From Nitrososphaerota archaeon (GTDB taxonomy: Archaea > Thermoproteota > EX4484-205 > JAAOZP01): a DNA stretch of 64,000 nucleotides. The stretch is taken from positions 352,001-416,000 of the forward strand of contig JAAOZP010000017.1 in assembly GCA_011605725.1 (NCBI GenBank), in the 5' to 3' direction. Both the position numbers and the translations under genes were made by a program. This document shows positions 37,282 to 47,965 of the stretch, one piece after another; position 1 is the stretch's first letter; the number at the start of each line of letters is the position of its first letter. The notes under the pieces are model-generated. The model saw only the letters and a list, made by a program, of their open reading frames with translations, made no database searches and was not told the DNA's origin.

Positions 37282-39192
37282 ATGCTCTGGATGGCCGGCA
37301 GGGAGCGTTTACGAGACAGGCCTTACGATGATAAGAAGACCAGCCTGGAGGAGGCTTTAAGCTACATAAAGACTGGAGACCATATTTTCGTGGGCTCAGC
37401 GTGCGGGGAGCCCCAGTACCTTGTGCACGGGCTTGTGGATAAGGCTAAGCATCTGGCGGATAATGAGATACTTCATGTTCACACTCTCGGCGTCGCGCCC
37501 TATGCTAAGCCAGTATACTCAGACAGGTTCCGTCTGAACGCTTTCTTCGTAGGCGTGAACACTAGGGAGGCGGTTGCTGAGGGAAGGGCTGACTACACTC
37601 CCGTCTTCCTCTCTGACCTGCCTAGGCTGATATCAATGGGAATGGTGCCGATAGACGTGGCGCTGATACAGGTGACTCCTCCGGATGAACATGGTTTCTG
37701 CAGCCTAGGTGTTTCGGTTGAAATAACTAAGACAGCTGCTGAGAAGGCTAGGCTGGTAATAGCCCAGGTGAACCGATTCATGCCGCGCGTCCTAGGGGAC
37801 AGCTTTATACATGTTAGTAACATAGATGTGGTTGTTGAGCATGATGAGCCTATTCTTGAGGCTCCGCAGCAACCTAGAGACGTTGTTTCAGACAGGATAG
37901 CGAGGTATGTTTCCGAGCTGGTTGAGGACGAGTCGACTCTCCAGATAGGAATAGGAAGCATACCTGACGCAGTGTTAAGCTCCCTCGAGAATAAGAGAGA
38001 CCTCGGGATCCACACGGAGCTTCTAACGGAGAGCGTTGTAGACCTTGTTGAAGCAGGAGTCATAACCTGCGCTAAGAAGACTCTCCACAGGGGGAAGATA
38101 ATAGCCTCCTTCGCCATGGGTACTAGGCGTCTCTACGATTTCATAGACAACAATCCGATGGTTGAGTTCTACGAGTCCAACTATGTGAACAACCCGCTTG
38201 TAATCGCTCAGAACAAGAAGATGGTTGCTATAAACCAGGCTCTGGAAGTCGACTTGACTGGGCAGGTTTGTGCCGACTCTCTTGGATACGTTTTCTACAG
38301 TGGCCTTGGCGGCCAGGCTGACTTCGTAAGGGGCGCCAGGCTCTCGGAGGGAGGTAAAGCCATAACCGTCATACCCTCAACGGCTAAAGAGGGCGCGATT
38401 TCCAGGATAAAACCAGTGCTCAGCGAAGGCGCTGGCGTAGTGCTGACCAGGGGCGACGTGGACTATGTTGTTACAGAGTATGGTGTCGCACACTTAACAG
38501 GGAGGACGATAAAGGAGAGGGCACTGGCGCTCATAGGTGTTGCACACCCGAAGTTCAGAAACCAGCTTCTCGAATGGGCTAAGTCCCACAAGTATGTTCC
38601 TGAGGAAGTGTTACCTTTCCCAGAGGTTGAGTATCCCGAGGAGTTGAAGCGGTACGTTACTCTTAAAGATGGGACTAGGCTGCTGTTAAGGCCGATAAAG
38701 CCTTCAGACGCAACCATGAAGCAACACTTGTTCTACGCTCTCTCCAAGGATAGTGTTACTAAAAGATACTTGGGACCGTTAAAATCTCTACCTTGGGACA
38801 GGGTTTGGCCGTACGTTATAATCGACTACCAGAACGAGATGGTTCTAGTGGCTGTTGTAAGTGAAGAGGGTTTTGAAAGCATGGTTGGAATAGGCAGCTA
38901 CTCGAGAATACCTGGTACTGAGCTGGCTGAGGTTGCTCTCGTAGTCAGAGACGATTGGCAGGGCAAGGGGATTGGAACGGAGCTTCTAAAATACCTTATT
39001 GAGCTGGCTAAGGCAAGGGGCTTCACGGGTTTAAAAGCATGGGTGCTCGTTGAAAACACTAGGATGATGCATCTGTTCAGAAAATGCGGCTACGCTATGA
39101 AGTATCGGGTGGAGGACGGGGTCTACGAGGTGTTGATAGACCTTAAGCAGCCTGTTGAAACCAAGGAGCCAGCAGCCTCGGAAAGCCTCTAA
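37282..39192 (+). CDS. Acetyl-CoA hydrolase/transferase fused to a C-terminal GNAT domain
   Basis: LQIGIGSIP, IHTE, GGQADF, VTEYG, then LRPIKPSD..VRDDWQGKGIG..N.RM. Confidence 0.9.
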   Translation: MLWMAGRERLRDRPYDDKKTSLEEALSYIKTGDHIFVGSACGEPQYLVHGLVDKAKHLADNEILHVHTLGVAPYAKPVYSDRFRLNAFFVGVNTREAVAEGRADYTPVFLSDLPRLISMGMVPIDVALIQVTPPDEHGFCSLGVSVEITKTAAEKARLVIAQVNRFMPRVLGDSFIHVSNIDVVVEHDEPILEAPQQPRDVVSDRIARYVSELVEDESTLQIGIGSIPDAVLSSLENKRDLGIHTELLTESVVDLVEAGVITCAKKTLHRGKIIASFAMGTRRLYDFIDNNPMVEFYESNYVNNPLVIAQNKKMVAINQALEVDLTGQVCADSLGYVFYSGLGGQADFVRGARLSEGGKAITVIPSTAKEGAISRIKPVLSEGAGVVLTRGDVDYVVTEYGVAHLTGRTIKERALALIGVAHPKFRNQLLEWAKSHKYVPEEVLPFPEVEYPEELKRYVTLKDGTRLLLRPIKPSDATMKQHLFYALSKDSVTKRYLGPLKSLPWDRVWPYVIIDYQNEMVLVAVVSEEGFESMVGIGSYSRIPGTELAEVALVVRDDWQGKGIGTELLKYLIELAKARGFTGLKAWVLVENTRMMHLFRKCGYAMKYRVEDGVYEVLIDLKQPVETKEPAASESL

Positions 39193-39240
39193 AAAGTTTC
39201 AACGGCTACCTGATACGGTTTAAACGGTTCTGCGCAACAC

Positions 39241-40189
39241 TTATTCCGGCTGGCTTAAGTTTATCCTTCTGATCTCCGCCGGAGGAATCTTCCATTTTCT
39301 ATCGTAAGTCATGAAGCCATTAACCTCGCCTTCAACACCGTAAAGCTGAGTATGGCAGAACCGCAGACACGTGGTTCACGCATTATCGTCAGCGTCACGT
39401 CGCGGTACTTGCTGACAAACTCATACTCGTCCTCTAACGGCGGACCGTAAGCGTGAAACTCCCTGTCTATCAGCGGCGTGAAAACCTTAATGCCCCAGCC
39501 GCCGTACTCGCTCATGACCACTGGTTGGCCAGAGTATTTGAAACCCTTGAACATAAGCGGCCTGTGCGAAGAATATGGCTCAAGTTTCTTCGCTTTCCTC
39601 CAGCCCTCGGCGAACACGTAGCCTCCCTGCCACGCCATGTAATCATGAACATCTATAATGTCTGACTCAGTATGGTGGTAGCCACTGTTGTCTATTACAA
39701 GCCTCGTTGGGTCATGCTTCTTAGTCTCCCTGTAGACTGTCCTTATGAAGCCTAGGGCTTCAGGAGTTTCACCCGGATCCCTCTCGTTGAACGAAACTCA
39801 TACGGTTACGCATGGATGGTTAAAGTCCCTGTCTACGATTGTCCTCCACTCAGTTAAGAAGGGCTCAAGGTTTCGGCTTACAAGACTCACACCCCAGTCG
39901 CCCATTTCCTCCCAGACTAGAATCCTGATCTTGTCAGCCCAATACAAATATCTAGGATTCGGAGGCGCGCGTTATACCATACTACGTTGTGGAAACCCTC
40001 GTCATTTATTCTGCTCAGCCTACTCTGATACGGGAACGGAACCATAATGATTCTGTTAAAAACATCTTTAGACAAGCACCATTTTTCATCCTCCCCTGCA
40101 CTCTTATCGTCGAAAGCAAACCCCCATTCACCGTTCAGGTTGATCCATCTGCTTCTAACGAAATCCGGCCTCGGAATACCCTCCGACAT
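39241..40189 (-). pseudogene. GH2 beta-galactosidase/glucuronidase remnant with large internal deletion
   Basis: PRPDFVR..LNGEW..VPFP..VWY joined directly to PRYLYWADK..WEEM; then RDFNHP, DPTRLVIDNSG and SEYGG, with stops and frameshifts. Confidence 0.85.
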
Positions 40190-40296
40190 TTAAAAACTAC
40201 CGCCTCCAACCTGATTATAAAAGGCTTTTTCACCATCCTGCTTTAAGAAGGGAATTCTTTATTAGCTTGAGAAACCTGCTCTACCGGTGCAGCAGG

Positions 40297-41160
40297 ATGT
40301 CTAAGAGAATCATTCTGGATACTGATATAGGTGATGATATTGATGATGCTTTCGCCCTGTTGTTCGCGTTGAAGTGCAGCGAGCTTGAGCTGGAGGCGGT
40401 TACAGTAGTCTGGGGAGACGTTGAGACAAGGGCTAAACTGGCCTCCAAGCTTATATCAACACTCGGCTTGAAAACACCCGTAGCCAAGGGTTCTCCCCAG
40501 AGCCTTCTCGGGTTTAAGCCAGGATGGAAGCCTTGTCAGGCGGAGGTTTTGAAGCGGGATGAAGCTTTTCCAAACATTCTGGAGACTCCGGCTTGGAACA
40601 TTGTTTCTGAAAAAGCCTGTGAAATCGACGGGCTTCACCTAGTCAGCATCGGCCCGATGACGAACGTGGCTTTAACATTGTTTTTCAAGCATGGTCTTGA
40701 GAAAAGGGTTAGCCTAACCTCGATGGCAGGGGTTTTTAAGAGCCCCGGCGCAGAATACAATGTTAAATGCGACCCTGAAGCCTTAAGCATTGTTCTCAAG
40801 TCAGGGTTGAACCCGCTTCTAGTCGGGCTGGACGTCACGATGAGATGCGTAATGCCTGTGGACATGGTTGAGAAACTGAAGGTCAGTGGAAAGCCTGAGC
40901 ACAGGCTTGTTTCAGCAATGCTTGAAGCCTGGACGGGGAGCACCGGCTTCAGGCAGCCGGTTTTACACGATCCTCTGGCTTTAGCCACGCTGGTGGACGA
41001 TAAGATTGTTAAGGTTGAGAAAACCAGGGTTGAGGTTGAGCTTAAAGGAGAATATACGCGCGGCTTCACTGTTCTAACCAACGGCTCTCCAAACGCATCC
41101 GTATGCTTGAGCGTTGACGTCGACAGGTTTCTGAAGCTTTTCGAGGAAGTAGTCTTCTAA
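40297..41160 (+). CDS. Nucleoside hydrolase (IUNH family)
   Basis: DTDIGDDIDD, IGPMTN, EYNVKCDPEA, LHDP. Confidence 0.9.
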   Translation: MSKRIILDTDIGDDIDDAFALLFALKCSELELEAVTVVWGDVETRAKLASKLISTLGLKTPVAKGSPQSLLGFKPGWKPCQAEVLKRDEAFPNILETPAWNIVSEKACEIDGLHLVSIGPMTNVALTLFFKHGLEKRVSLTSMAGVFKSPGAEYNVKCDPEALSIVLKSGLNPLLVGLDVTMRCVMPVDMVEKLKVSGKPEHRLVSAMLEAWTGSTGFRQPVLHDPLALATLVDDKIVKVEKTRVEVELKGEYTRGFTVLTNGSPNASVCLSVDVDRFLKLFEEVVF

Positions 41161-41192
41161 AAGTTTAAAAAGCAAACGGTCCCGCTTATCCC

Positions 41193-42245
41193 ATGGATGA
41201 GTTAAGGTTTTTAAACGGACCGCTTTCAAACCTGCCTAGAATAGTTCACGCTAAAACCAAGAGGGTTTCCTCATTCGACAAGACGGGCGGGAACAAGGAT
41301 TACTGGACCATCGGTGCCCGTGAAAAAGTGAATATTGCTGAAATCAAGGGTGCTGGAGTAATTAGACACATATGGTTTACAGTTAGCTCTCTCAACAAGC
41401 TCTGTCTGAGGGACGTAGTGTTAAGAATGTACTGGGACAGTGAGCAGGATGCTAGTGTTGAAACACCTCTCGGAGACTTCTTCGGAGTCGGCCATGGTGT
41501 TGCAAACCATTTCGTTTCACTACCCTTAAGCATGGTTAGAGGACCGGGGAGAGGGGTTAACGCTGGAATGAACTGCTATTTTCCAATGCCTTTCTCAAAT
41601 GGAGCTAGAATAGAGGTTGAGAACGAGAAGGATGACGAGATTATTCTCTACTTCCACGTGGACTACGAGCAGTTTGACGAAATACCTGAAGACTACGGGA
41701 GGTTCCACTGCTGGTGGAACAGGGAGAACCCGTGTACCCCGGTTGAGCATAAAGGAGAAGAGTTGAACACTACTGGCGACGACAACTATCTGATACTCTA
41801 CGCTGAAGGGACTGGCCACTACGTCGGATGCGTCTTAAGCGTGGATAATTTCAACGCTTTCAACCAGAAGTATACATGGTTCGGAGAGGGTGACGACATG
41901 ATTTTCGTAGACGGGGAGAAATGGCCTCCCAGTATTCACGGCACCGGGACCGAGGACTACTTCCTGTCAGCATGGGGCTTCCCCTGCGGAGAATACTCCG
42001 GGCCGTATCACGGCGTCTCCCTGGCTGGAGACACTGTAGAGTGGTCTGGAAAATGGAGTGTCTACAGGTTTCACATAGAAGACCCAGTCAGATTCACAAG
42101 GTCGATCAAAGTTACTATTGAGCACGGGCATGCTAACGACCAGGGTAACGATTACTCTAGCGTAGCATACTGGTACCAGTCTGAGCCCCATAGGAGGTTC
42201 CCACCTCTTCCGAAAGCATTAGACAGAAGGCCTAGAAGAGTTTAA
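41193..42245 (+). CDS. DUF2961 / GH172-like glycoside hydrolase
   Basis: SSFDKTGGNKD, PLGDFFG, FPMPF, WFGEGD, GTGTEDYF, IEHGH. Confidence 0.85.
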   Translation: MDELRFLNGPLSNLPRIVHAKTKRVSSFDKTGGNKDYWTIGAREKVNIAEIKGAGVIRHIWFTVSSLNKLCLRDVVLRMYWDSEQDASVETPLGDFFGVGHGVANHFVSLPLSMVRGPGRGVNAGMNCYFPMPFSNGARIEVENEKDDEIILYFHVDYEQFDEIPEDYGRFHCWWNRENPCTPVEHKGEELNTTGDDNYLILYAEGTGHYVGCVLSVDNFNAFNQKYTWFGEGDDMIFVDGEKWPPSIHGTGTEDYFLSAWGFPCGEYSGPYHGVSLAGDTVEWSGKWSVYRFHIEDPVRFTRSIKVTIEHGHANDQGNDYSSVAYWYQSEPHRRFPPLPKALDRRPRRV

Positions 42246-42369
42246 GCTGTTAAACAGCAGTGTCAAAGCTTTCTCAGAACACTATAGGCTTTCACCTGGG
42301 ACCTGGATTCAAGCCTTAGTTGCGAAACAGGAAGACAGCCGTAGCCCTTGAGAGAAAGCTGAAGGACAA

Positions 42370-42445
42370 CGGGCCCGCTGGGATTTGAACCCAGGTTCTC
42401 CGGCTCCGGAGGCCGACGCCTTTATCCTGGCTTGGCCACGGGCCC
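42370..42445 (-). tRNA. tRNA-Arg(CCG)
   Basis: GGGCCCG acceptor stem, anticodon loop CTCCGGA, TTCAAAT T-loop. CCA not encoded; TTTAAA box ~25 nt upstream. Confidence 0.93.
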
Positions 42446-42490
42446 GCTTAAACTTTATTTGCCCGAGCTTTTAAACCTAATTCGCTTCAA

Positions 42491-44125
42491 GTGAATATGG
42501 ATAGCAAGGGCAAGGGTGGTTTTGTGTTCTGGGCCGATGCGGTGGCTGAATCGGCGATTGAACACGCTAAGAGGAATAGGATGAGCATTGTAACTATTAA
42601 AAGTGGAGGATCACCCTCGGGGGGGAAACACTTGGGAAACATGAACGACCAGATTCGCGCGTTCTTCATCTACGACGCTGTGAAAAGAAGGGGTGTTTCA
42701 GCGAGGCTGATCTACACCAATGACGATATGGATCCGCTTAGGACTATTCCGCCTTCAGCGCCCGACGGCGGTGGCGAGTGGCATGTTTTCACGGAGCAGG
42801 AGCTTTCAACCCTCGAGAAATACTTGGGATGGCCCTATAGCCGTATACCGGATGTTTTTGGATGCCACGGGTCTTGGGGGGAGCATTTCAACTCAGTGAT
42901 TCAAGACGGCTTAAGCAGAATAGGAATAGTGATGGAGAACTATAGTAACAGCGAGTCCTACTCGAGCGGGAGGTTTCTCGACGCTACTAAGCTTACACTC
43001 TCTAAGACTATGCTAGTCAAGAAGGTTTTAAGCAGGTTTCAGAGAAACATTGAGGAAAACTGGGTGCCGTTTCACCCTGTCTGCAGCAACTGTGGGAAGA
43101 TAACGACGACGGCTTTAGGCTTCGACCTTGGCAGCGAGACTGTTGAGTACGAGTGTAAGGGGAGGGTTTTAGCCGGGAAATACGTGATAAAGGGCTGCGG
43201 CCACAAGGGTTTTTCAACGCTGAAAGAGGGTAAGCTTCCCTGGCGCCTAGAATGGGTTGCGCAGTGGATGGTTTTCCAGGTTAACGCGGAGCCGTTTGGA
43301 AAGGATCATTACGAGGGGTCTTGGAAATCAGGCCAAGCGTTAGCTAGGGAAGTCTACGGGATAGAGCCGCCGGCAAGCCTAGTCTACGAGTTTTTCCTGG
43401 TTAACGGTGAGAAAATGTCGAGTAGGAAGGGGAACGCGTACACGCTGCACGACCTGCTGAAGGTTCTTGAGCCTGAGGTGATAAAATACCTTTACACTAA
43501 GAGGCCTATGATGCAGAGAAACATTGATTTGAAGAACCTGCACCTGCTGGTTGAGGAGTTCGACAGGTTTGAGGAGAGCTTTTTCAAAGGAGGCTCGGAG
43601 GAGGCTGCGAGAATATATCCGTCGATAGTTGGGAAAACCCCTGCTGAGAAGCCGTTGAGAGTAAGCTACCTGCTTGCAAGCTACGTCGTCCAGTTCTACC
43701 CGGTTGAGGAGGCTTACAGAAGCCTAGTTAGAGCCGGCATCGTGAAAGAAGACGCCAGCGTGGAAGACAGGGAAAGAGTGCTTCGCAGACTCAGGCTTGC
43801 TGGAAACTGGCTTTCAACATTCGCAGACGCCAGCAAGTATGTTCTTAAAAGGGAGCCTGCGGAAGTGGATTTAAGCGGCTTCGAACAAGCCTTCAAGGAG
43901 CTTCTAGAGAAACTGTCTTCGCTGAAAGAGTTTAACGGTGAGGAGATTCAGAACATTATTTACTCCACCGCCCGTGAGCACGGCATTCCTTCGTCAAGCT
44001 TCTTCGAGAAGCTTTACATGGTTTTCATAGGAAGGGGAAACGGCCCCAGGCTTGGCTACCTGCTTGCAGCACTGGGCAGGGAGCACGTTTTAACTCGTCT
44101 CAACACGCTTCTTAAAAAATCTTAA
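42491..44125 (+). CDS. lysS: Lysine--tRNA ligase, class I
   Basis: SPSGGKHLGN, GKLPWRLEW, EPFGKDH, KMSSRKGN, GPRLG. Confidence 0.95.
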   Translation: MNMDSKGKGGFVFWADAVAESAIEHAKRNRMSIVTIKSGGSPSGGKHLGNMNDQIRAFFIYDAVKRRGVSARLIYTNDDMDPLRTIPPSAPDGGGEWHVFTEQELSTLEKYLGWPYSRIPDVFGCHGSWGEHFNSVIQDGLSRIGIVMENYSNSESYSSGRFLDATKLTLSKTMLVKKVLSRFQRNIEENWVPFHPVCSNCGKITTTALGFDLGSETVEYECKGRVLAGKYVIKGCGHKGFSTLKEGKLPWRLEWVAQWMVFQVNAEPFGKDHYEGSWKSGQALAREVYGIEPPASLVYEFFLVNGEKMSSRKGNAYTLHDLLKVLEPEVIKYLYTKRPMMQRNIDLKNLHLLVEEFDRFEESFFKGGSEEAARIYPSIVGKTPAEKPLRVSYLLASYVVQFYPVEEAYRSLVRAGIVKEDASVEDRERVLRRLRLAGNWLSTFADASKYVLKREPAEVDLSGFEQAFKELLEKLSSLKEFNGEEIQNIIYSTAREHGIPSSSFFEKLYMVFIGRGNGPRLGYLLAALGREHVLTRLNTLLKKS

Positions 44126-44282
44126 TGCAGCGTATTCCTTTCTCCACGGCTTCAGGCGACAGTTAATCGTCGAACATGTTTTACAGCCGGAAATAAATCG
44201 GCTTTAGACGGATGTTTTCTAAACATCTAATGGTAAAGTTAAATACGGCTTTCCAGAAGCAGCGCAAACATTGAGGCTAAGC

Positions 44283-45332
44283 ATGAGGGTTGGAATAGTC
44301 GGCTACGGAGTGTACGTGCCCAGGCTGAGAATCAGGGTTGAGGAGATAGCGAAAGTCTGGGGGCATGATGCCCGCTCCTACAGGGAGGGTCTTGGAATAG
44401 AGGAGAAGTCTGTTCCGTCGCTGGATGAGGATACTGCCACAATAGCTGTTGAAGCTGCGAGAAACGCTATGAGGCGTGCGCCCGAGGTTAAGCCGAGCGA
44501 AGTCGGCGCGCTGTTCGTAGGATCAGAATCACACCCGTACGTTGTTAAGCCGACAGCAGCAACAGTCGCTGAAGCCCTAGGCTTAACGCCAAGCCTAACA
44601 GCAGCAGACACAGAGTTCGCCTGCAAAGCTGCGACAACAGCGGTTCAAGCATGCCTAGGAATGGTTAAGGCAGGATACATAAAGTACGGCATCTCGATAG
44701 GGGCTGACACAGCTCAAGGAGCGCCTAGGGACGCGCTTGAGTATACTGCTGCCGCAGGCGGAGCCGCATACGTCGTGGGCGCTGGAGAAGGAGTGGTTGC
44801 AGAGGTTGAAGCAACATATTCTTACACTCAGGATGTTCCGGACTTCTGGAGGAGAGATGGCGCAAGCTACCCTAAGCATGCTGGAAGATTCACAGGCGAA
44901 CCCGCGTATTTTGAGCATGTTATAAGCTGCACGAGAGGCCTGCTTGAGAAAACCGGGACCACTCCGAAGGATTATGACTACGTGGTGTTTCACCAGCCTA
45001 ATTCAAAGTTCCCGTTGAAAGCCGCTAAGGAGCTTGGTTTCGACGAGAAGAAGCTTCAACCCGGGCTCTTGGTCAACCGTCTCGGAAACACTTACTCAGG
45101 CTCTTCCCTAATCGGCTTAGCGGCGGTCCTGGATGTTGCAAGACCCGGGGAAAGGATCCTGTTAACCTCCTATGGTTCAGGAGCCGGGTCTGACTCTTTC
45201 AGCATAAGGGTTACTGAAGCCATAGACTCCAAGAGGAAGCTAGCCCCGCCTGTGATGTATTACTTGGAGAAGCGTGAATACATTGATTACTCGACCTACG
45301 CGAAGTGCAGGAGGCTTTTCAAAGAGAGGTGA
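44283..45332 (+). CDS. Hydroxymethylglutaryl-CoA synthase (archaeal)
   Basis: GSESHPY, EFACKA, GEPAYF, HQPN, GNTYSG, SYGSGAG. Confidence 0.93.
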   Translation: MRVGIVGYGVYVPRLRIRVEEIAKVWGHDARSYREGLGIEEKSVPSLDEDTATIAVEAARNAMRRAPEVKPSEVGALFVGSESHPYVVKPTAATVAEALGLTPSLTAADTEFACKAATTAVQACLGMVKAGYIKYGISIGADTAQGAPRDALEYTAAAGGAAYVVGAGEGVVAEVEATYSYTQDVPDFWRRDGASYPKHAGRFTGEPAYFEHVISCTRGLLEKTGTTPKDYDYVVFHQPNSKFPLKAAKELGFDEKKLQPGLLVNRLGNTYSGSSLIGLAAVLDVARPGERILLTSYGSGAGSDSFSIRVTEAIDSKRKLAPPVMYYLEKREYIDYSTYAKCRRLFKER

Positions 45333-45338
45333 CCATGC

Positions 45339-46505
45339 TTGAAGAGAGAGGTTGCTATAGTGGCTGTTGGAGCAACAAAGTTCGGGGAACACTGGAGCAA
45401 GGGTCTTAAGGATCTGGCTTGGGAAGCCGGGGTTCAGGCTGTTGAGGAGGCAGGGATCAGTGGGAAAGACGTTCAGTACATTGTTTTCGGAAACATGTCT
45501 GGAGGAATGTTTGAGGGGCAGGAGCATGTCGGGGCCCTTGTAGCGGAGTTCCTAGGCTTGAACCCGGTGCCGGCGACAAGGGTTGAGGCGGCATGCGCCT
45601 CCGGAGGAGTGGCTTTCTTCCAGGGCTACTTGGCTGTAGCGTCAGGCATGTATGACCTTGTAGCTGTCGGCGGAATCGAGAAGATGACTGATGTTGAGCC
45701 GAGCCAGGCTACGGAGATTCTTTCAGCAGCAATGGACTATGAGTGGGAAGCATACTTCGGAGCAACCTTCCCAGGCGTCTACGCGCTTATAGCAACCAGG
45801 TATATGCATGATTACGGTCTTAAGCCGGAGACTCTTGCTGAAGTAGCTGTTAAAAACCATTATCATGGAAGCATGAACCCGCTTGCACACTTCAGGAACA
45901 GGATAACCGTGGAGGATGTTCTCTCCTCCCCGTTCGTAGCCTACCCATTGAGAAGAAACGATTGTTGCCCTATTTCAGACGGCGCTGCCTGCGTATTGCT
46001 CGCACCACTGGATGAGGCGCGTAAATACACGGATACGCCGATAATCGTTAAGGCTGTGGCGCAAGCGTCTGACACGCTCAGTCTTCTCGAGAGAAGAGAC
46101 ATATGTACACTGGACGCGACGGTGCATGCTGCGGAGAAGGCTTTTGCAATGGCTAAGCTAACTAGGAAGGATGTTGACCTGGTTGAGGTGCATGACTGTT
46201 TCACCATAGCTGAAATACTGGCCTTAGAGGACCTTGGCTTCTGCGCCAAGGGAGAGGCGTTTAAGCTTTATGAGGAGGGGGAAACATACGTGGGCGGCAG
46301 GCTGCCGGTTAATACTGACGGAGGGTTGAAAGCAGGTGGGCACGCGGTCGGCGCGACAGGAGTGAAACAGATAGTTGAGATCGTGAAGCAGCTGAGAGGG
46401 GAGGCAGAGGGTGGAAGACAGGTTGACGGGGCTGAAGTAGGCTTGGCGCATAACGTAGGCGGGTCGGGCGCCACCGCCGTGGTAACCATTCTTTCAAGGA
46501 GGTGA
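45339..46505 (+). CDS. Acetoacetyl-CoA thiolase
   Basis: EAACASG, EVHDCF, GHAVGATG, HNVGG. Confidence 0.92.
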   Translation: MKREVAIVAVGATKFGEHWSKGLKDLAWEAGVQAVEEAGISGKDVQYIVFGNMSGGMFEGQEHVGALVAEFLGLNPVPATRVEAACASGGVAFFQGYLAVASGMYDLVAVGGIEKMTDVEPSQATEILSAAMDYEWEAYFGATFPGVYALIATRYMHDYGLKPETLAEVAVKNHYHGSMNPLAHFRNRITVEDVLSSPFVAYPLRRNDCCPISDGAACVLLAPLDEARKYTDTPIIVKAVAQASDTLSLLERRDICTLDATVHAAEKAFAMAKLTRKDVDLVEVHDCFTIAEILALEDLGFCAKGEAFKLYEEGETYVGGRLPVNTDGGLKAGGHAVGATGVKQIVEIVKQLRGEAEGGRQVDGAEVGLAHNVGGSGATAVVTILSRR

Positions 46506-46975
46506 GCAGCATGAGTGTTTCCGGAGTACCTAGACACTGGAGGAGCCTTAGGGAAAGATACAGGCTTCTCGGCACGTATTGCGAAAACTGTAAGACAAGC
46601 TTCTTCCCGCCTAGGAAGATCTGTCCTAAATGCCGGAGGAAAGGCAGAACTAGGGAGGTTGAGTTCTCAGGAAGAGGCAGGGTTTTCAGCTACACGGTGA
46701 TCCACGTAGGCTCTAAAACCTTCGAGGAGTATACTCCTTACATAATAGGGTTGATTGAGCTTCAGGAGGGCCCGAGAGTCCTCTCGCAAATAGTGGACTG
46801 TAAGCCTGAGGACGTGCATATAGGGATGATGGTTGAAGCCTGCTTCCGGAAGCTCTTCGAACAGGAGGACGGGGGAATAATAAGCTACGGCTTCAAGTTC
46901 AGACCTGTCGACGACAGTTGGGCCGAGTACTACGATAGGCTTCTTGCAGACAGGGCCATGGTTGAAAAAACCTAG
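46502..46975 (+). CDS. DUF35 Zn-ribbon/OB-fold scaffold protein
   Basis: CENC..FPPRKICPKC, YGFKFRP; canonical position after HMGS and thiolase. Confidence 0.9.
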   Translation: MSSMSVSGVPRHWRSLRERYRLLGTYCENCKTSFFPPRKICPKCRRKGRTREVEFSGRGRVFSYTVIHVGSKTFEEYTPYIIGLIELQEGPRVLSQIVDCKPEDVHIGMMVEACFRKLFEQEDGGIISYGFKFRPVDDSWAEYYDRLLADRAMVEKT

Positions 46976-47063
46976 TCCGGGTGGAAGCATCAGAATAAGA
47001 CTCGATTCCCGCTCCCTGCGAAACAATCTTTAAAAACATCCTTTCAACACTCATTACTAGTAA

Positions 47064-47903
47064 TTGTCATCCCCGTGTAGAATAGGTCCTGCAGGCTTTC
47101 CTTTAAAGGGTCCGCACGGGACTGACGCGATGCCTTACCTGAGGAAGATAGGGCTTGACGCGATGGAGTACCAGGCTGTTAGAAGCCTAAGAATAAGCAG
47201 GAAGCCTGCTGTTGAGCTCGGCTCAGCCGCGTCTGAGAACGGTGTTCTCCTGACTCTTCACGGCCCGTATGCGATAAACCTTTCCTCAGAAAGGAAGCTT
47301 GTTAGGAGACAGAGTGTTCAGAGGCTCGTCAAGTCGGCTGAAATAGCCTCCTGGATGGGGGCTTTCCACGTGACTTTCCACCCAGGCTACTACAGCGGTC
47401 TTCCAAGAGAGCTCGCCATGCAGGCTCAGAAAGAGGCTTTTAAAAACGTTTTGGAGAAGATGAGCATGAAGAAGATTAGCGTTGAGCTCGGCCCCGAGAC
47501 AACAGGTAAACCAGACCAGTTTGGAACACTTGAAGAGCTTATCGAGCTTTCAAACACTTTTGAAAACGTTAGGCTTACCCTTGATTTCGCTCATATTCAC
47601 GCTAGAATGGGAGGCTCGGTTAAGAGCCGCGGCGACTACGAGAAGATTCTCGACACGGTTGAGAAGAATCTTGGAAGCGAGAAGATGAAGAACCTGGTTG
47701 TGCACTTCTCAGAGGTTGAGACAACCTCGAAAGGCTTCGGGGAGAAACGGCACCATCCTCTTGGAAGCGGCTACGGGCCTGATTTCAGAAGGCTTGCGGA
47801 AATAATAGTTGAGAAAGGATACTCGTTCATAATAATATGCGAGTCTCCTCTGCTTGAAATAGACGCGTTGAAAATGAAGAGGATGCTGACTAGGGTTAAG
47901 TAA
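47064..47903 (+). CDS. nfo: Endonuclease IV (AP endonuclease family 2)
   Basis: HGPYAINL, HPG, ETTGK..QFG, DFAH, HFS, ICESP. Confidence 0.88.
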   Translation: MSSPCRIGPAGFPLKGPHGTDAMPYLRKIGLDAMEYQAVRSLRISRKPAVELGSAASENGVLLTLHGPYAINLSSERKLVRRQSVQRLVKSAEIASWMGAFHVTFHPGYYSGLPRELAMQAQKEAFKNVLEKMSMKKISVELGPETTGKPDQFGTLEELIELSNTFENVRLTLDFAHIHARMGGSVKSRGDYEKILDTVEKNLGSEKMKNLVVHFSEVETTSKGFGEKRHHPLGSGYGPDFRRLAEIIVEKGYSFIIICESPLLEIDALKMKRMLTRVK

Positions 47904-47965
47904 TGGCTAGACGGCTGACTGAGAACCGGGTTTGAAGACTGGAAGCGGAAGACACGCTTTACTGC

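Noticed and set aside
44283-46975. HMGS-thiolase-DUF35 cluster as novel
   Set aside because: Well-described archaeal mevalonate-pathway complex.
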